This document shows positions 21,851-34,297 of a stretch of 64,000 nt of DNA, piece after piece; within the stretch, counting starts at the first letter, position 1, and each line of letters opens with the position of its first letter. Below the pieces are notes generated by a model, which saw only the letters and a program-made list of their open reading frames with translations, made no database searches and was not told where the DNA came from. A program made the position numbers and the translations under genes. This DNA comes from Stegostoma tigrinum. Its lineage: Eukaryota. Location: NCBI RefSeq assembly GCF_030684315.1, contig NC_081360.1:4116098-4180097 (forward strand). The letters are read 5' to 3'.

Positions 21851-24050
21851 ATGGAAAAAGATGTGAATCTGAGGAACAGTGATGTGAATGAACAAGAAAT
21901 ATTTCATGCCTTAAGAAAGGTACTGTAATGTGGCATTTCTATGATCGGATTTTACTAGTTTACAATTTGGCAATTTGCTACTTTTTTAATGTGTGCTCTA
22001 GTTCATATCTTTAAATTTCTTGGGATCAAAGACATTTTGGTATTGTAAATATGATTTTTTTTGGCCGCAACATTGGAAATGGAGGAGAACTGTTATTTTG
22101 TTAAACTGTTTCGAAGAAAATAGTTTCTGTGTCAAGCTACCAAACATAGTTCCCATTTTATGCCACATAATGCCACAATATTCCAAGAACAGGAGTTAAA
22201 GTCAAAATTTTCAAATGCTCAATACATCAGTGATAATTGAGAAAAAAGTAACACACTTCAGGAAGACACTAAATTAGTACAAAAATGTACAAGTCCATGG
22301 TGGATTAATTCTAGTGCTGTTAACTGAAGAGCAACATACTGCAAGAGAAAATTAGATGAAAGCATTAATAATCATGTGCCTCAGCATTAATATGTACATG
22401 GGACTGTTAGAAGATGAGTCATTGAAAGTAACTCATCAAGTTGAGAATTTTACTAACTGGGTTTAAAAGCCTTTCAAACCACGACATAAGATGAAAAAGC
22501 AAAATGAATTGATGATTTGTTAATTTTTTAAAAAATACATTGCATGAGCAAATATAATTTGTGCACTTCTGGAAATAAATTTGTAGCGATTTTACAATAC
22601 CCTCAGGAGTAGATATACCTGAAGTTCATCAGACATGAATGTCATGAATAAAATGCAGAAGCTGGCCAGTCTGGGACAGTTATGTAAACTGAGAAGTTCT
22701 GGACAACCTACATTGGAGGTTGTCAAAGTGATGAAAATGTTATATTCGACCTAAGTAAAAATGCTGTCCAAAAATGCTTTGTGTCTTGATCTTGACACAA
22801 AGATCAAAGAATTGAAAGTTACAGATTGATGGCGTTGGTGAAAATCAAAAGAAAGACGATGAGGAAATTTAGGCCTACCTAAGTTACTGTACCAACAATG
22901 ATCTGAAATGTTTTCTTATTAGAGTGAAACAAACCGAGTATTTTGTAATGAGAGTGAAATTAATGAAAGAACGAAATTAACCTGTACTCGAGACCAATCA
23001 AAAAAAAGGCTTACCGGGAGAGAGGAGGACCGCAAAACCACTTGAGTTGTCACGTGCACTACCAAATTAATGATAATAAAATGTGAGGCTGGATGAACAC
23101 AGCAGGCCAAGCAGCATCTCAGGAGCACAAAAGCTGACGCTTCGGGCCCAGACCCTTCATCAGAGAGGGGGATGGGGTGAGGGATCTGGAATAAATAGGG
23201 AAAGATGGGGAGGCGGACCGAAGATGGAGAGAAAAGATAGGTGGAGAGAGTATAGGTGGGGAGGTAGGGAGGGGATAGGTCAGTCCAGGGAAGACGGACA
23301 GTTCAAGGAGGTGGGATGAGGTTAGTAGGTAGATGGGGTGGGAGGAAGGGATGGGTGAGAGGAAGAACAGGTTAGGGAGGCAGAGACAGGCTGGACTGGT
23401 TTTGGGATGCAGTGGGTGGGGGGGAAGAGCTGGGCTGGTTGTGTGGTGCAGTGGGGGGAGGGGACGAACTGGGCTGGTTTAGGGATGCAGTAGGGGAAGG
23501 GGAGATTTTGAAACTGGTGAAGTCCACATTGATACCATATGGCTGCAGGGTTCCCAGGCGGAATATGAGTTGCTGTTCCTGCAACCTTCGGGTGGCATCA
23601 TTGTGGCACTGCAGGAGGCCCATGATGGACATGTCATCTAAAGAATGGGAGGGGGAGTGGAAATGGTTTGCGACTGGGAGGTGCAGTTGTTTGTTGCGGA
23701 CTGAGCGGAGGTGTTCTGCAAAGCGGTCCCCAAGCCTCCGCTTGGTTTCCCCAACCACGACCAAATTAGCCTGGCAGCCTCTGCGAGTGTGCAATATCAT
23801 TCATTGAAATGAAAAACTACGTGCACAAAATACACTAAACACTTTTTTAACTGTAAGAAAGCCGTAATGAATTCAACAATGCCCTTCAGGCAAAGCAATA
23901 ATTGTCGAATCAGGCGACTCCAAACAACAATCTGAAATGGTCTGGTAATCCATTCCGATGTAGTAAGTGAAAAACAAAACAAAGGAACTGAAATCTCTCT
24001 CACATCACAGATCGTAACTTACTTTAAAAAAAAATGTCACGAGGAATAAC
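21851..24050 (+). other. Endogenous viral element: N-terminal RdRp region of a Mononegavirales-like L protein, split by a PLE
   Basis: Acidic start 'MEKDVNLRNSDVNEQE' (21851), then 'MP*ERYCNVAFL', 'ENF(Y)..LKAFQ' (~22443), 'LRSSGQPTLEVVKVMKMLY' (GHP motif, 22701-22709), 'PIKKKAY' (DKA-like, ~23000), 'NTLNTFL', 'VKNKTKELK' (23967-23993, KxKExELK) and 'YFKK(M)S'. GHP to KELK is about 190 codons once the PLE is removed. Confidence 0.65.
23070..23754 (-). mobile_element. Penelope-like element 3' fragment with TSD
   Basis: 'GETKRRLGDRFAEHLRSV'. TSD cac(t/g)accaaatta at 23057-23069 and 23756-23768. Confidence 0.92.
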
Positions 24051-25244
24051 TCTAAGGAATAGATAATGAAAGTCAGCCCAACAGCGGCATGAACACTGCA
24101 CCACCAACACAACCCCCTAAAACAAACATAACGGATTAAAGTAGATTTTGTTGATGTGAATTGTTAAGTTTTGTTCAATTAAAAAGAAGTGAACACAATA
24201 ATTTGTTTTTGTGAGGCCAGTTCATCTTTTTAAAAATTATTTGTGCTATTTAATATAATAACTATTCATTAATATTGATTGGTTTATTGCAATAACCAAC
24301 ACAATGAATAACTTATTTCACGGCACATGACTTCACAACTCACAGCTAAGAAAGACATTTGCGCTGTTGTCATTGTTATGTTGGAAGAAAAATGCAAACA
24401 GATTTGCACATAATTAGCTTGGGCACCATTTTAGCACTGTCAAGATTTTTTTTATTCTGAGCTTCGTCGACTGTGCAAGTGGAAAAATAGTCGGCACACA
24501 TGGGGAATTCTTCCACGTTTACAGAAAGGTACTCCGTTACTTTTGCGTGTCTAACTGAGAAACCATAACAGATTCCATTAAACACCCTTCCAAATTTTGA
24601 GACCTTTGCAGACGTAACTCTTCTCAATACTGCACTGAAGTGTCAGTTTGATTTTTGTGTTCGACATGTCGAATCAGATTTCAACAAGTAGTCTTCTTTG
24701 GAAGGGTCTAACAGCCGTGCCTCCATTCAAATTTTGATTTAAAGATGCCTGTTATGCATAATTGCAACATTTAGAAAGTTTAAGCTGCGAAGCAAAAAGA
24801 GATCATTGTTGGGACACTCATTTAAAGCGGCTTTGTTCTTGGGGCAAATTGTTGATTTGCAATATGAAGTATTAAAGTCAATGGACTTAGTATACAGGAA
24901 ACTTCCATGTAAACAGTTGGTTGTAATACTCGAACGTTGGATGATAAAAAGGTGACTGTAGATCTTGCCTGATTTTGATCTGTGACTAAACAGCAATACA
25001 TAGAGAAGCTGTTTAATGTAAACTACTTTGTGATGTATGTTGTGTTTTGTTTTATATGGGCAGAGAAAGGGAATGTATGAAATATAATGCTGAAAGGTGC
25101 ATTCTCAGAAAATCTTATTTTCCCCTGTCTCTGGCAAGATAATTTTACTTTAAATTTTGTAAGAAATAATGAGATTTATTAATATGTTTATGTTACAGTC
25201 CAGTATGGGTTTCAAAACTAATAGCATTGGATTTGAAGACTTAC

Positions 25245-25314
25245 CAGTAATACCAACAGCTGCAAAAACAGGGTCGGAAATGCTTTCTGTCTGAAAGATT
25301 AATGGATATCCAAT
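25245..25314 (-). pseudogene. GPR139-like exon 1, copy A (start codon ATT)
   Basis: 'IGYPLIFQTESISDPVFAAVGIT' plus G, then a GTAAGT donor (phase 1). Confidence 0.75.
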
Positions 25315-26166
25315 TTTATTGTGCAGGAAGGACTTTTGCACCTGTTGCCACTTCTAAGCAATTTCAGGTAATTAATTGCATTGATTGAAATAATTCGAGC
25401 AGGTGGAACTCTGACAGCCAGCTGATCAAATATTGCACCAAATTTACTCCTGACTGAGATAATTTTCTGCTTTTCTGAGCATAAACTTGTCGAGCTCGTC
25501 ATCTCAGAAATGATAACATTTCACAACAAATAGGCCGATATATGTTTCACGACATTTACAACTGCCTGCCGACAGTTAGAAAGGCGACAGTAAGAGCTCT
25601 AAGCTGTCAGTAAGTCATGATATTACATTTCACTGTACTACAGCATACAAAGAGACCATACAATATTTTACCCGTTGATTAGAACTCTAGGGCACAATCA
25701 ATCACACCACAGCAAAGATAAGAAGTCCTTTCATTCACACCTTGCCATGAATAAAATGAAACAATAATTTATGGGAATCACTTAAAAGAAAGAAATACAT
25801 CGTTAGTCGAGAGCTAAAGTAGAAATCTCATTGACCGAGCTGGACATGGAAAGAAACTGTTTTTATGTAAGACTTCCAAGCCTCATAAAACCATTAATAC
25901 ATATTTATGCACCTTCATATTTACTTTGGAAGTGTGATTATACAACAATCAAGAAATGGTTAGCATCTGGCACCATTAAATCAGCCAATGAATGAAATAA
26001 TGGATTTTCATAAATAACTCTATTCAACCAAATTGCAAACAAAATAAAGCAACACTTGATCAAGCTCATAACATCCAAGCTGTACATTACAGCACGTACA
26101 GAAATGTAATGCTGTTGCAGTGCCAGACAGGATGCAAAGCCATTAATACTGGATTTGAAGCCTTAC

Positions 26167-26236
26167 CAGTAACACCAACAGCTGCAGGAACAGGGTACTG
26201 AACGCTTTCTGTCTGAAACCTTAATGGATATCCCAA
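26167..26236 (-). pseudogene. GPR139-like exon 1, copy B (start codon TTG)
   Basis: 'LGYPLRFQTESVQYPVPAAVGVT' plus G, then a GTAAGG donor. Paralog of copy A, with a TATAAATA-like box ~60 bp upstream on the minus strand. Confidence 0.75.
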
Positions 26237-26446
26237 TTTCTGAATGAGAAGTGTAATTGTCCCTGACTGTTATTGTATGTTATAAAAATCCACTATTTAT
26301 ATTCAACAGAACCTTCCAGCGACAGAATTGGTTACACAATGAGCAACATTTGTTACAGTGACTTTACAGAATCAAGGCAAAAGAAATATTTCTCAAGACA
26401 ATTAGAATTTAATTAAGGAACATTCCATACTAAATTAGGGTAATAT

Positions 26447-26766
26447 GATTGGATTAGATTCCCTACAGCGTGGGGACAGGCCCTTTGGCCCAACAAGTCC
26501 ACACTGCCCCTTAATATATCCCACTCGGATCCATTTCCCCTATAACCCATGCACCCCTGAATGCTATGGGCAATTTTGCATGGCCAATCCACCTGGCCTG
26601 CACATTTTTGGACAGTGGGAGGGAACCGGAGCACCTGGAGGAAACCCATGCAGACACGGGGAGAATGTGTAAACTCCACACAGACAGTTGCCTGAGGCTG
26701 GAATCGAACCTGTGTCCCTGGTGCTATGAGGCCGCAGTGCTAACCACTGAGCCACCGTGTTGTCCC
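26447..26766 (-). mobile_element. HE1 SINE
   Basis: Full-length copy, reverse orientation. Confidence 0.95.
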
Positions 26767-27873
26767 TAATATTACTTTAAATCCTCCTCAGATAAAAAAA
26801 CAAAGTGTTGTAAAAAGCACAGACACGGCTATAAAATGAAGATGCATGCTCAACTCTTGTTATAAAATGCTAATACTCTGCCTATAGGTTTACGGACATT
26901 TACTTAATCGTGGGGGCTTGCTACATCGAAATAATTACAAAATTTCCCATCAAACCACATGCCATCCTGACATGACAATGCATTGTTTTCATTCATCTTC
27001 TCTGGTCCAATCCACGAAAAGTCATTCCAAACATCAAATAAGAAAAGTACAATAAATATGACTTTAACAAAATATACCATGTCGTGAGCAACATGTGAAT
27101 AGAATGTCTGAGCCTAAGCAACGTGAAGCTGCTCTGTTAGATATTTGGATCGTTCATTAAAATTGTTAATTTTGTTTTCAAAATTAATGTCTGAGGAGGA
27201 CAGTAATGGTAGTTGTAACCCGATGAGAGATTTAACATGAAACATAAATCACAATTGGTGACGGCATTTCTTTATTTTTTACTGACAGAAGGTCAGCTCC
27301 TACTCTAAACCAATATCAATCCCTTCATGCCATAATTCTCATGTGTTTCGCAGCGCTCCTGCAGTGTATTTAATCCTAAAATCAATATTATTCCCTTTAG
27401 TACAACAGCTAAATACTGCAGCCCAATGAGGTACATATTCATTTTAACCATATTAGCTCATTTATTCACAGTGTGTCCTTCAACGCATCAGCACACAGTA
27501 TCTGTGTAGTTAATTTAAATGTTCTATTCACTTACGTTTGCATCTAAGTAAGTTAACCATAGCGATCCCATAAGAATATATTGTCAACTTATCAAATGTG
27601 TTCCTTTCAATTCAACTAGCTTGATGTTCACCCCATACAATCCATGTATTCACAGGAATCGCCTCACCACCAAACACCACTATTTATTAAAATGGGAGTA
27701 GGTGCAGTTAGAGTAATATCTTTTGACATCATGGTGATATTTCTCTGAGAAATCCGTACAAAATTAAAGTCAACAGTACTTAAGAGAGTACTTTCCTACT
27801 GGTAGTAGTCAAACCAGGCATAAATGTTAAAACGCAGGAAATGGGAACAGGAATGGGCTCTTTGTGATTTGGA

Positions 27874-29308
27874 TCAGAGACAATGGGGACTGCAGATGCT
27901 GGAGAATCCAACATAACAAAGTGTGAAGCTGGATGAACACAGCAGGCCAAGCAACATCTCAGGAGCACAAAAGCTGACGTTTCGGGCCTAGGCCGTTCAT
28001 CAGAGAGGGGGATGGGGAGAGGGTTCTGAAATAAATAGGGAGAGGGGGGAGGCAGACTGAAGATGGAGAGAAAATAAGACAGATGGCGAGGAGAGTATAG
28101 GTGTGGAGGTAGGGAGGGGATAGGTCAGTCCAGGGAGGACGGACAGGTCAAGGAGGTGGAATGAGGTTAGTAGGTGCGAAATGGAGGTCCGCAACATCCG
28201 CCCCGCAGTGGTCGAGTAAGCCCTTGACCACGTCTCCTGCATTTCCCGCAACACATCCCTCACACCCTGCCCCTGCAACAAATGCCCTAAGAGGATCCCC
28301 CTCATCCTCACATACCACCCTAGCAACCTCTGGATACAACACATCATCCTCCGACACTTCAGCCATCTACAATCCAATCCCACCACCCAAGACATTTTTC
28401 CATCCCCACCCTTGTCTGCCTTCCGGAGAGACCACTCTCTCCATGACTCCCTTGTCCGCTCCACACTCCCCTCCAACCCCACCACACCTGACACCTTCCC
28501 CTGCAACGCAGGAAGTGCTACACTTGCCCCCACACCTCCTCCCTCACCCCCATCCCACGCCCCAAGATGACTTTCCATATTAAGCAGATGTTCACCTTCA
28601 CATCTGCCAATGTGGCATACTGTATCCACTGTACCCGGTGTGGCTTCCTCTACATTGGGCAAACCAAGCGGAGGCTTGGGGACCGCTTTGCAGAACACCT
28701 CTGCTTGGTTTGCAGTAAACAGCTGTACCTCCCAGTCACAAACCATTTTAACTCCCCCTCCCATTCCTTCGATGACATGTCCATCATGGGCCTCCTGCAG
28801 TGCCACAATGATGCCACCTGAAGGTTGCAGGAACAGCAATTCATATTCCACTTGGGAACCCTGCAGCCCAATGTCATCAATGTGTATTTCACAAGCTTCA
28901 AAATCTCCCCTTCCCCCACTGCATCCCAAAACCAGCCCAGCTCGTCCCCTCCCTCCACTGCATCCCAAAACCAGCCCACCTTTCACTGCCTCCCGAACCT
29001 GTTCTTCCTCTCACCTATCCCCTCCTCCCACCTCAAGCCGCACCTCCATTTCCTACCTACTAACTTCATCCCCCCTCCTTGCCCTGTCCTTCATCCCTGG
29101 ACTGACCTCTCCCCTCCCTACCACCCACCTATACTCTCCCCTCCACCTATCTTCTTTTCTCTCCATCTTCAGTCTGCCTCTCTCGATTTATTTCAGAACC
29201 CTCTTCCCATCCCCATCTCTGATGAAGGGTCTACGACCGAAATGTCAGCTTTTGTGCTCCTGAGATGCTGCTTGGCCTGCTGTGTTTTCCCAGATTCACA
29301 CTTTGTTA
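27874..29308 (+). mobile_element. Penelope-like element with inverted 5' terminal repeat and TSD
   Basis: 27874-~28187 is the reverse complement of the 3' repeat. GIY-YIG 'CTRCGFLYIGQTKRRLGDRFAEH'. TSD tctttgtga(t/c)ttgga at 27859-27873 and 29309-29323. Confidence 0.92.
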
Positions 29309-29323
29309 TCTTTGTGACTTGGA

Positions 29324-30960
29324 GCCTGTTCCACCATTAAACATGGCCATGGTTAATCATCCATCATGATAGCCAATTCTCATGAAAAGTTCAGAAAATC
29401 CAAATAAACTACAATCATTTGTCTCCCCAAATCTGCCTGAAAGTCAACGCTACTAGCTACATCCTTGAAGAAATCCACGAGATTTGTCAGGTATGAACTT
29501 CCGTTCATTAATCCATACTGACTGTGTTTGATACTGGCACTGTTTTGCAAGTGGTCTGCTGTTAAATGTTTTATAGTGGAACCAATCATGCCCTCTACTA
29601 CCAGTATCAAGCTGACTGGTGTATAATTCCGAATTCTTGGTTTTCTCTTTGTCTTCGTTCTTTCAAATAGAGGGATTAAGCAAGCACCTACGATCTTGAG
29701 GAACGGAGTCCACCTATACGATGTTAAAAGGCAATCACCAGTGCATCTTCTTTTTCTCTCTTGGACAAAGCTGTTAAATACTGTGAGATGTCGAATATTG
29801 GTCCTGGGGTAATTGTCCTTTAATCTATTTAACGTCAGGAAAAATTCTCAAACAAACTGATATACTTCATCCCGTCCCTGTCAATAAACAATTTGTTGCC
29901 CAAGATATCTACCATGTTATTTTGGTTTGCCTTTGGGAATACAGAGCTGAAACATGCATTTAAGTGGTAAGAATTCTCTGTTCCCTGCTACAAATGCTCA
30001 GTTTGTGTGATGGTCAGGCACCTACATTTGACTTCCACTATCTTTTTTTTCTCACATAACTAATAAAAACTTTTATGGTCAGTTTTATTTTCCCTACAAG
30101 CTTACTGTCTCACTGTAATTTTCCTTTCTTAATCAATCCCCAAGTTCATTGTTGTAGAATGGTAAATTCTTCCCACTCTTTAGATTTTTTTTAATCTGGC
30201 AAATTTGCATGCCTCATCCTTCTATGTAATAGCACCTATAGTTTTCCTCAAATAAATTTTCATCAAATAAAAACGGAAAGAGCTTTGGATGCTGTAAATC
30301 AGGAACAAAAACAGAAGTTGCTGGAAAAGCTCCGCAGGTCTGGCAGCATCTGTGAAGAAAAAAATCAGTTGATGTTTCAGGTCCTTTGGCAGTTCTGAGG
30401 GAGGGTCAGCGGACCCGAAACGTTAACTCTGATTTCTTCACAGATGCTGCCAGACCTACTGAGTTTTTCCCGTAACTTCTGTTTTTCATCGTGGTTTCAT
30501 TAAGTTTCCTGTTTTGGCAATTGGCTGGAAAGAAATGAACAAATTTTGCAGGCAATCCACGCGCTCTTTGAATATTTGGTAGTGCCTTTCAAACAAAATC
30601 ACTTTAAATAACTTCACCCAATCTGTCATAACCACCTCGTGCCTCGTACCATTCTGTTTCCATGTATTTAGTCTCAGGATACAGAATCAACAAAGTGACT
30701 CTCCAACTTAATGAAGAATTCTATCATAGTATAATTACAGATCCCCAGGGCCCTCCACAACGCGACTGTCAATTATTCCTTTCTCAATAGGCAATATCCA
30801 GTTTTGGATATCCTGTTCTCTAATTGGTTCCAGGAATTTCTCCTCCGCAATGGTGTTACCTAAATTGTTTTATGAAATCCAAATGCAACATTAAAGTCAC
30901 CATAAATACAGATAGTAGTGGATTATACGCGTCTCTTATGCCCTGTTTAATTTCTTCTCA
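29324..30960 (-). mobile_element. Degenerate CR1 LINE fragments
   Basis: Minus 'SQYGLMNGSSYLTNLVDFFKDV...VVYLDF' and further decayed ORF2 sequence. Confidence 0.7.
30265..30487. mobile_element. Fold-back PLE-terminus-derived repeat
   Basis: Arms aggtctggcagcatctgtgaagaaa / tttcttcacagatgctgccagacct around ctgagggagggtcagcggacccgaaacgtt. Confidence 0.8.
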
Positions 30961-31265
30961 ACATCATCCCTACCATTTAGTGAGACAATGCGGCGATCCA
31001 GAGGGGGAGTCTTTCATTTTCCCGGCGTATTAGACCAGTAATGGAGGAGGTGGGGTCAGTACAGATTGGATGAGCTACAATGGGGCAGGACCACGACTGA
31101 AGTCCTGGGGGGGAGGTGGGGGTATTTGCTAGACTGTTTGGGGCTAAAATGACAGGCCGTTAGGAATCTCTACAAGAGTCAGTGGAAAAGGGAATGAAGA
31201 ATAAAAGTAAAATACAGAAAGTGGAAAAAAGAGAAATGGTAGGCAGAGAAATGAAGAAGCAGCAT

Positions 31266-31705
31266 CATAGAACACAGAACAATACAGCGCAGAACAGGCC
31301 CATCGGCCCTCGATTTTGCACCGACTTGTGAGCTAATCTAAGCCCCTCCCCCTACACTATCCCATCATTATCCATTTGCTTATCCACTGATTGTTGAAAT
31401 GCCCCTAATGTGGCTGAGTTGACTACATTGGCAGGCAGCGCGTTCCAAGCCCTTACCACTCTCTGAGTAAAGAACCTGCCTCTGAAATCTGTCTTAAATC
31501 TATCACCCCTCAATCTGTAGCTATGCCCCCTTGTACAAGCTGAAGTCATCATCCTCGGAAAAAGACTTTCACTGTCCACCCGATCTAATCGTCTGATCAT
31601 CTTGTATGTCTGTATTAAATCCCCTTTGAGCCTCCTTTTCTTCAATGAGCACAGACCCAAGTCCCACAGCCTTTCTTCGTACGGCCCAAAGCTCCAGACC
31701 AGGCA
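31266..31705 (-). mobile_element. HER1/CR1 LINE 3' fragment
   Basis: 'LKKRRLKGDLIQTYK...FFTQRVVRAWNALP', same family as 18186-20826. Confidence 0.92.
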
Positions 31706-32529
31706 AGCAGGGCCTTGATCAAAAGTAATGGGCGTGGGACAAATAACGTTTAAAAGTTGAGCCCTAAGTCTTCCTAACTATATTCATGATAAATTCATAA
31801 TAAAGTGGATGAATTTTTCTCACGTACAGATGTAAACAGATTTGACACAGTCAGGATTGCAGAGACATCGCTGCAGAGTGACCAGTGATGGAGTCCTGGG
31901 GGAGTATTTGCTACACTTTTTGGCGCTACAATGGCCGCCGGTGATCCAGCGTTAATCAGGATCGAGGAAGAAGAAGAGACACTAAGTGAAATTCAGTGCT
32001 GTTCGCATTGCTAGGTAAAGACAAAATTAGCACAATATAATGAAGAATATCGGCTCCGATGTGGGATATTGCTGATCTCCAGGTGCACTTGAAAATGTCG
32101 TGGTTAGATGCCTCCTTGAGCGCCTGCAGTCTCTTTGGTCTTGGTAGAGCCTGAAACGTTGTTCATGAGGGAGTTCCAGGTCTTTAAATCAGCGGCACCG
32201 ACAAAATCTTCCAACCTTTTGTAAGAGAAAGAAAGAACAGCATGCTACATGTATATGTCCCTGATAATGTGGTGAAAGAGGGAATCAAAGTAGTCCTCAG
32301 CAAATGAGTGACAGAAGGAGATGGCAATTCCTGCAAATTTCTGCGAGACACCCACTTTGAATTGCCAAGAACTTTAGAGATTGTACCGAAACGGTAAATT
32401 ATTGTTTTTGCAAGTTTCTCGACTGTGACTTCAGAAAATAGATCAGAGAAGCAACTACATTTAAAAAGAAGCCCAAAACTTGCAATAGAAGACAAATATT
32501 TTCAAAATGTTGTGGGCTTTAAATGACGT

Positions 32530-33145
32530 GGAAACAGACAAAGGGATCTCATTGGTCCTTCTGCAGCTGCACAAGGCCCTGGTGAGACCTCACCTGGAGT
32601 ATTGTCTGCAGTTTTGTTCTCCAAATTTGAGGAAGGACATTCTTGCAATTGAGGGAATGCAGTGTAGGTTCACTAGGTCAATTCCCAGAACTGGGGGGAG
32701 GTATCATATTTTGAAAGATTGGAGCTACTGGGCTTGTATACACTTGAGTTTAGACGGATGAGAGGGGATCTGATTGAGACGTGTAAGATTATTAAGGGAT
32801 TGGACACTCTGGAGGCAGGAGGCATGTTTCTGCTGATAGGTTTGTCCAGAACCAGAGGACACAGTTTAAAAATAAGGGGTAGGCCATTTAGAACAGAGTT
32901 GAGGAAAAACTTCACCCAGAGAGTGGTGGATATATGGAATGTTCTGCCCCAGAAGGCAGTGGAGGCCAACTCTCTGGATATTTTCAAGAAAGAGATGGAT
33001 ATAGCTCTCAAAGATAGTTGAATCAAGGGTTATGGGGATAAGGCAGGAACAGGATACTGATTGTGGATGATCAGCTTGATCATAATGAATGGTGGTGCTG
33101 GCTCGAAGGGCTGAATGGCCTTCTCCAGCACCTATTGTCTGTTGT
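32530..33145 (+). mobile_element. CR1 LINE 3' fragment (second family)
   Basis: 'LVRPHLEYC', 'EFRRMRGDLIET', 'FTQRVVDIWN'. Confidence 0.9.
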
Positions 33146-33452
33146 CTTGTCACTTGTACGTAAGAACCCGTGACATTAAAACCTCAAATTTCTATTGTCT
33201 ATTGGGATCAAAGGAACACATGTTTCCAGGGTTGCAATGACGTAGATATTTCGCAATATGAAATTAAACGTCTTTTCATATGTCAGATATGTTAGGATCT
33301 TAACTGAACTGAACTGACAGAATGGGAAGAAATACACAGCATAATGATGAGGAGAAAGCATTTTATTGTGATGTGATGTGGTAGACGGCCAACGCGACCA
33401 GAATATTCAAAATGACCAAATGCTGTGTTGCAGCCATTCTGATTTACTTTCT

Positions 33453-33648
33453 GATAAAACAAGGTGTAAAGCTGGATGAACAGAGCAGACCTAGTAGCAT
33501 CAGAGGAGCAGAACATTCTCCAGAATGGTCTATACCCGAAACGTCAGCTTTCCTGCTCCTCTGATGCTGCTTGGTCTGCTGTGTTCATCCAGCTCTACAC
33601 CTTGTTGTCTCAGATTCTCCAGCATCTGCAGTTCCGACTTTCTCTGAT
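33453..33648. mobile_element. Fold-back PLE-terminus-derived repeat
   Basis: Inverted arms gctggatgaacagagcagacc / ggtctgctgtgttcatccagc. Confidence 0.8.
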
Positions 33649-34297
33649 TGATTTTCTTTCTTGATTCTGCATTTTCTTTTTCCAGTGGAATCCCTACAGC
33701 TATAGAGAGCAGCGATATCTCAGTGTATGACTGAGCCGCTTACAAACCAGTCTGGTGTCAGATATTGTATTTCTAAATTGTCCTGCAGAGTCAAGGGCAT
33801 CAGTGAAACAAAACGTGGTTTAGAGATTATACTAATTATGTTCGTGCAGCACAGCGCATATGCCAACACCACTGCCAATCACGATTAGTGATTTAAAAGC
33901 AAACCGAAGTTTAATAAAGTGCATGCAGTGCACTTGATTTTAAGAGGAAATGCTGGCGAAAATCAACTTGTTTGAGAAGACCTGAGGATGGGAAAGCAAG
34001 TTAAAAATTGGAGTCCATTATGATTGATTGTCTGAGATGAAACTCGTCCATTCTTTGAAGTGGGTGAGCTCACAGGATCCCACGTGATCGTTAAATGAAT
34101 ATTAGCAACAGGGAATTGATGCATCTGCTGTAATTTGCTTCTTCAAATCCAAGGAAATCAAGTCTAATAAAAGACACATTCTGAGTATCTCACTGGAGAT
34201 GTCGAATTGTATAAATATAAAGCAATGTACACATATACTTCCATATTTAAAATAGGGTTATTGTCTGCAGAACGAACAGAGAGAGCAGTTCATAAAC

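Noticed and set aside
24376-24996. Minus-strand ORFs adjacent to the L N-terminal piece
   Set aside because: No recognisable viral or host motifs. Treated as GPCR intron.
28000-28986. Longest ORF (328 aa), and similar Pro/Ser- or Gly-rich ORFs at 12333-13278
   Set aside because: Antisense or alternative frames of GC-rich Penelope sequence, not genes.
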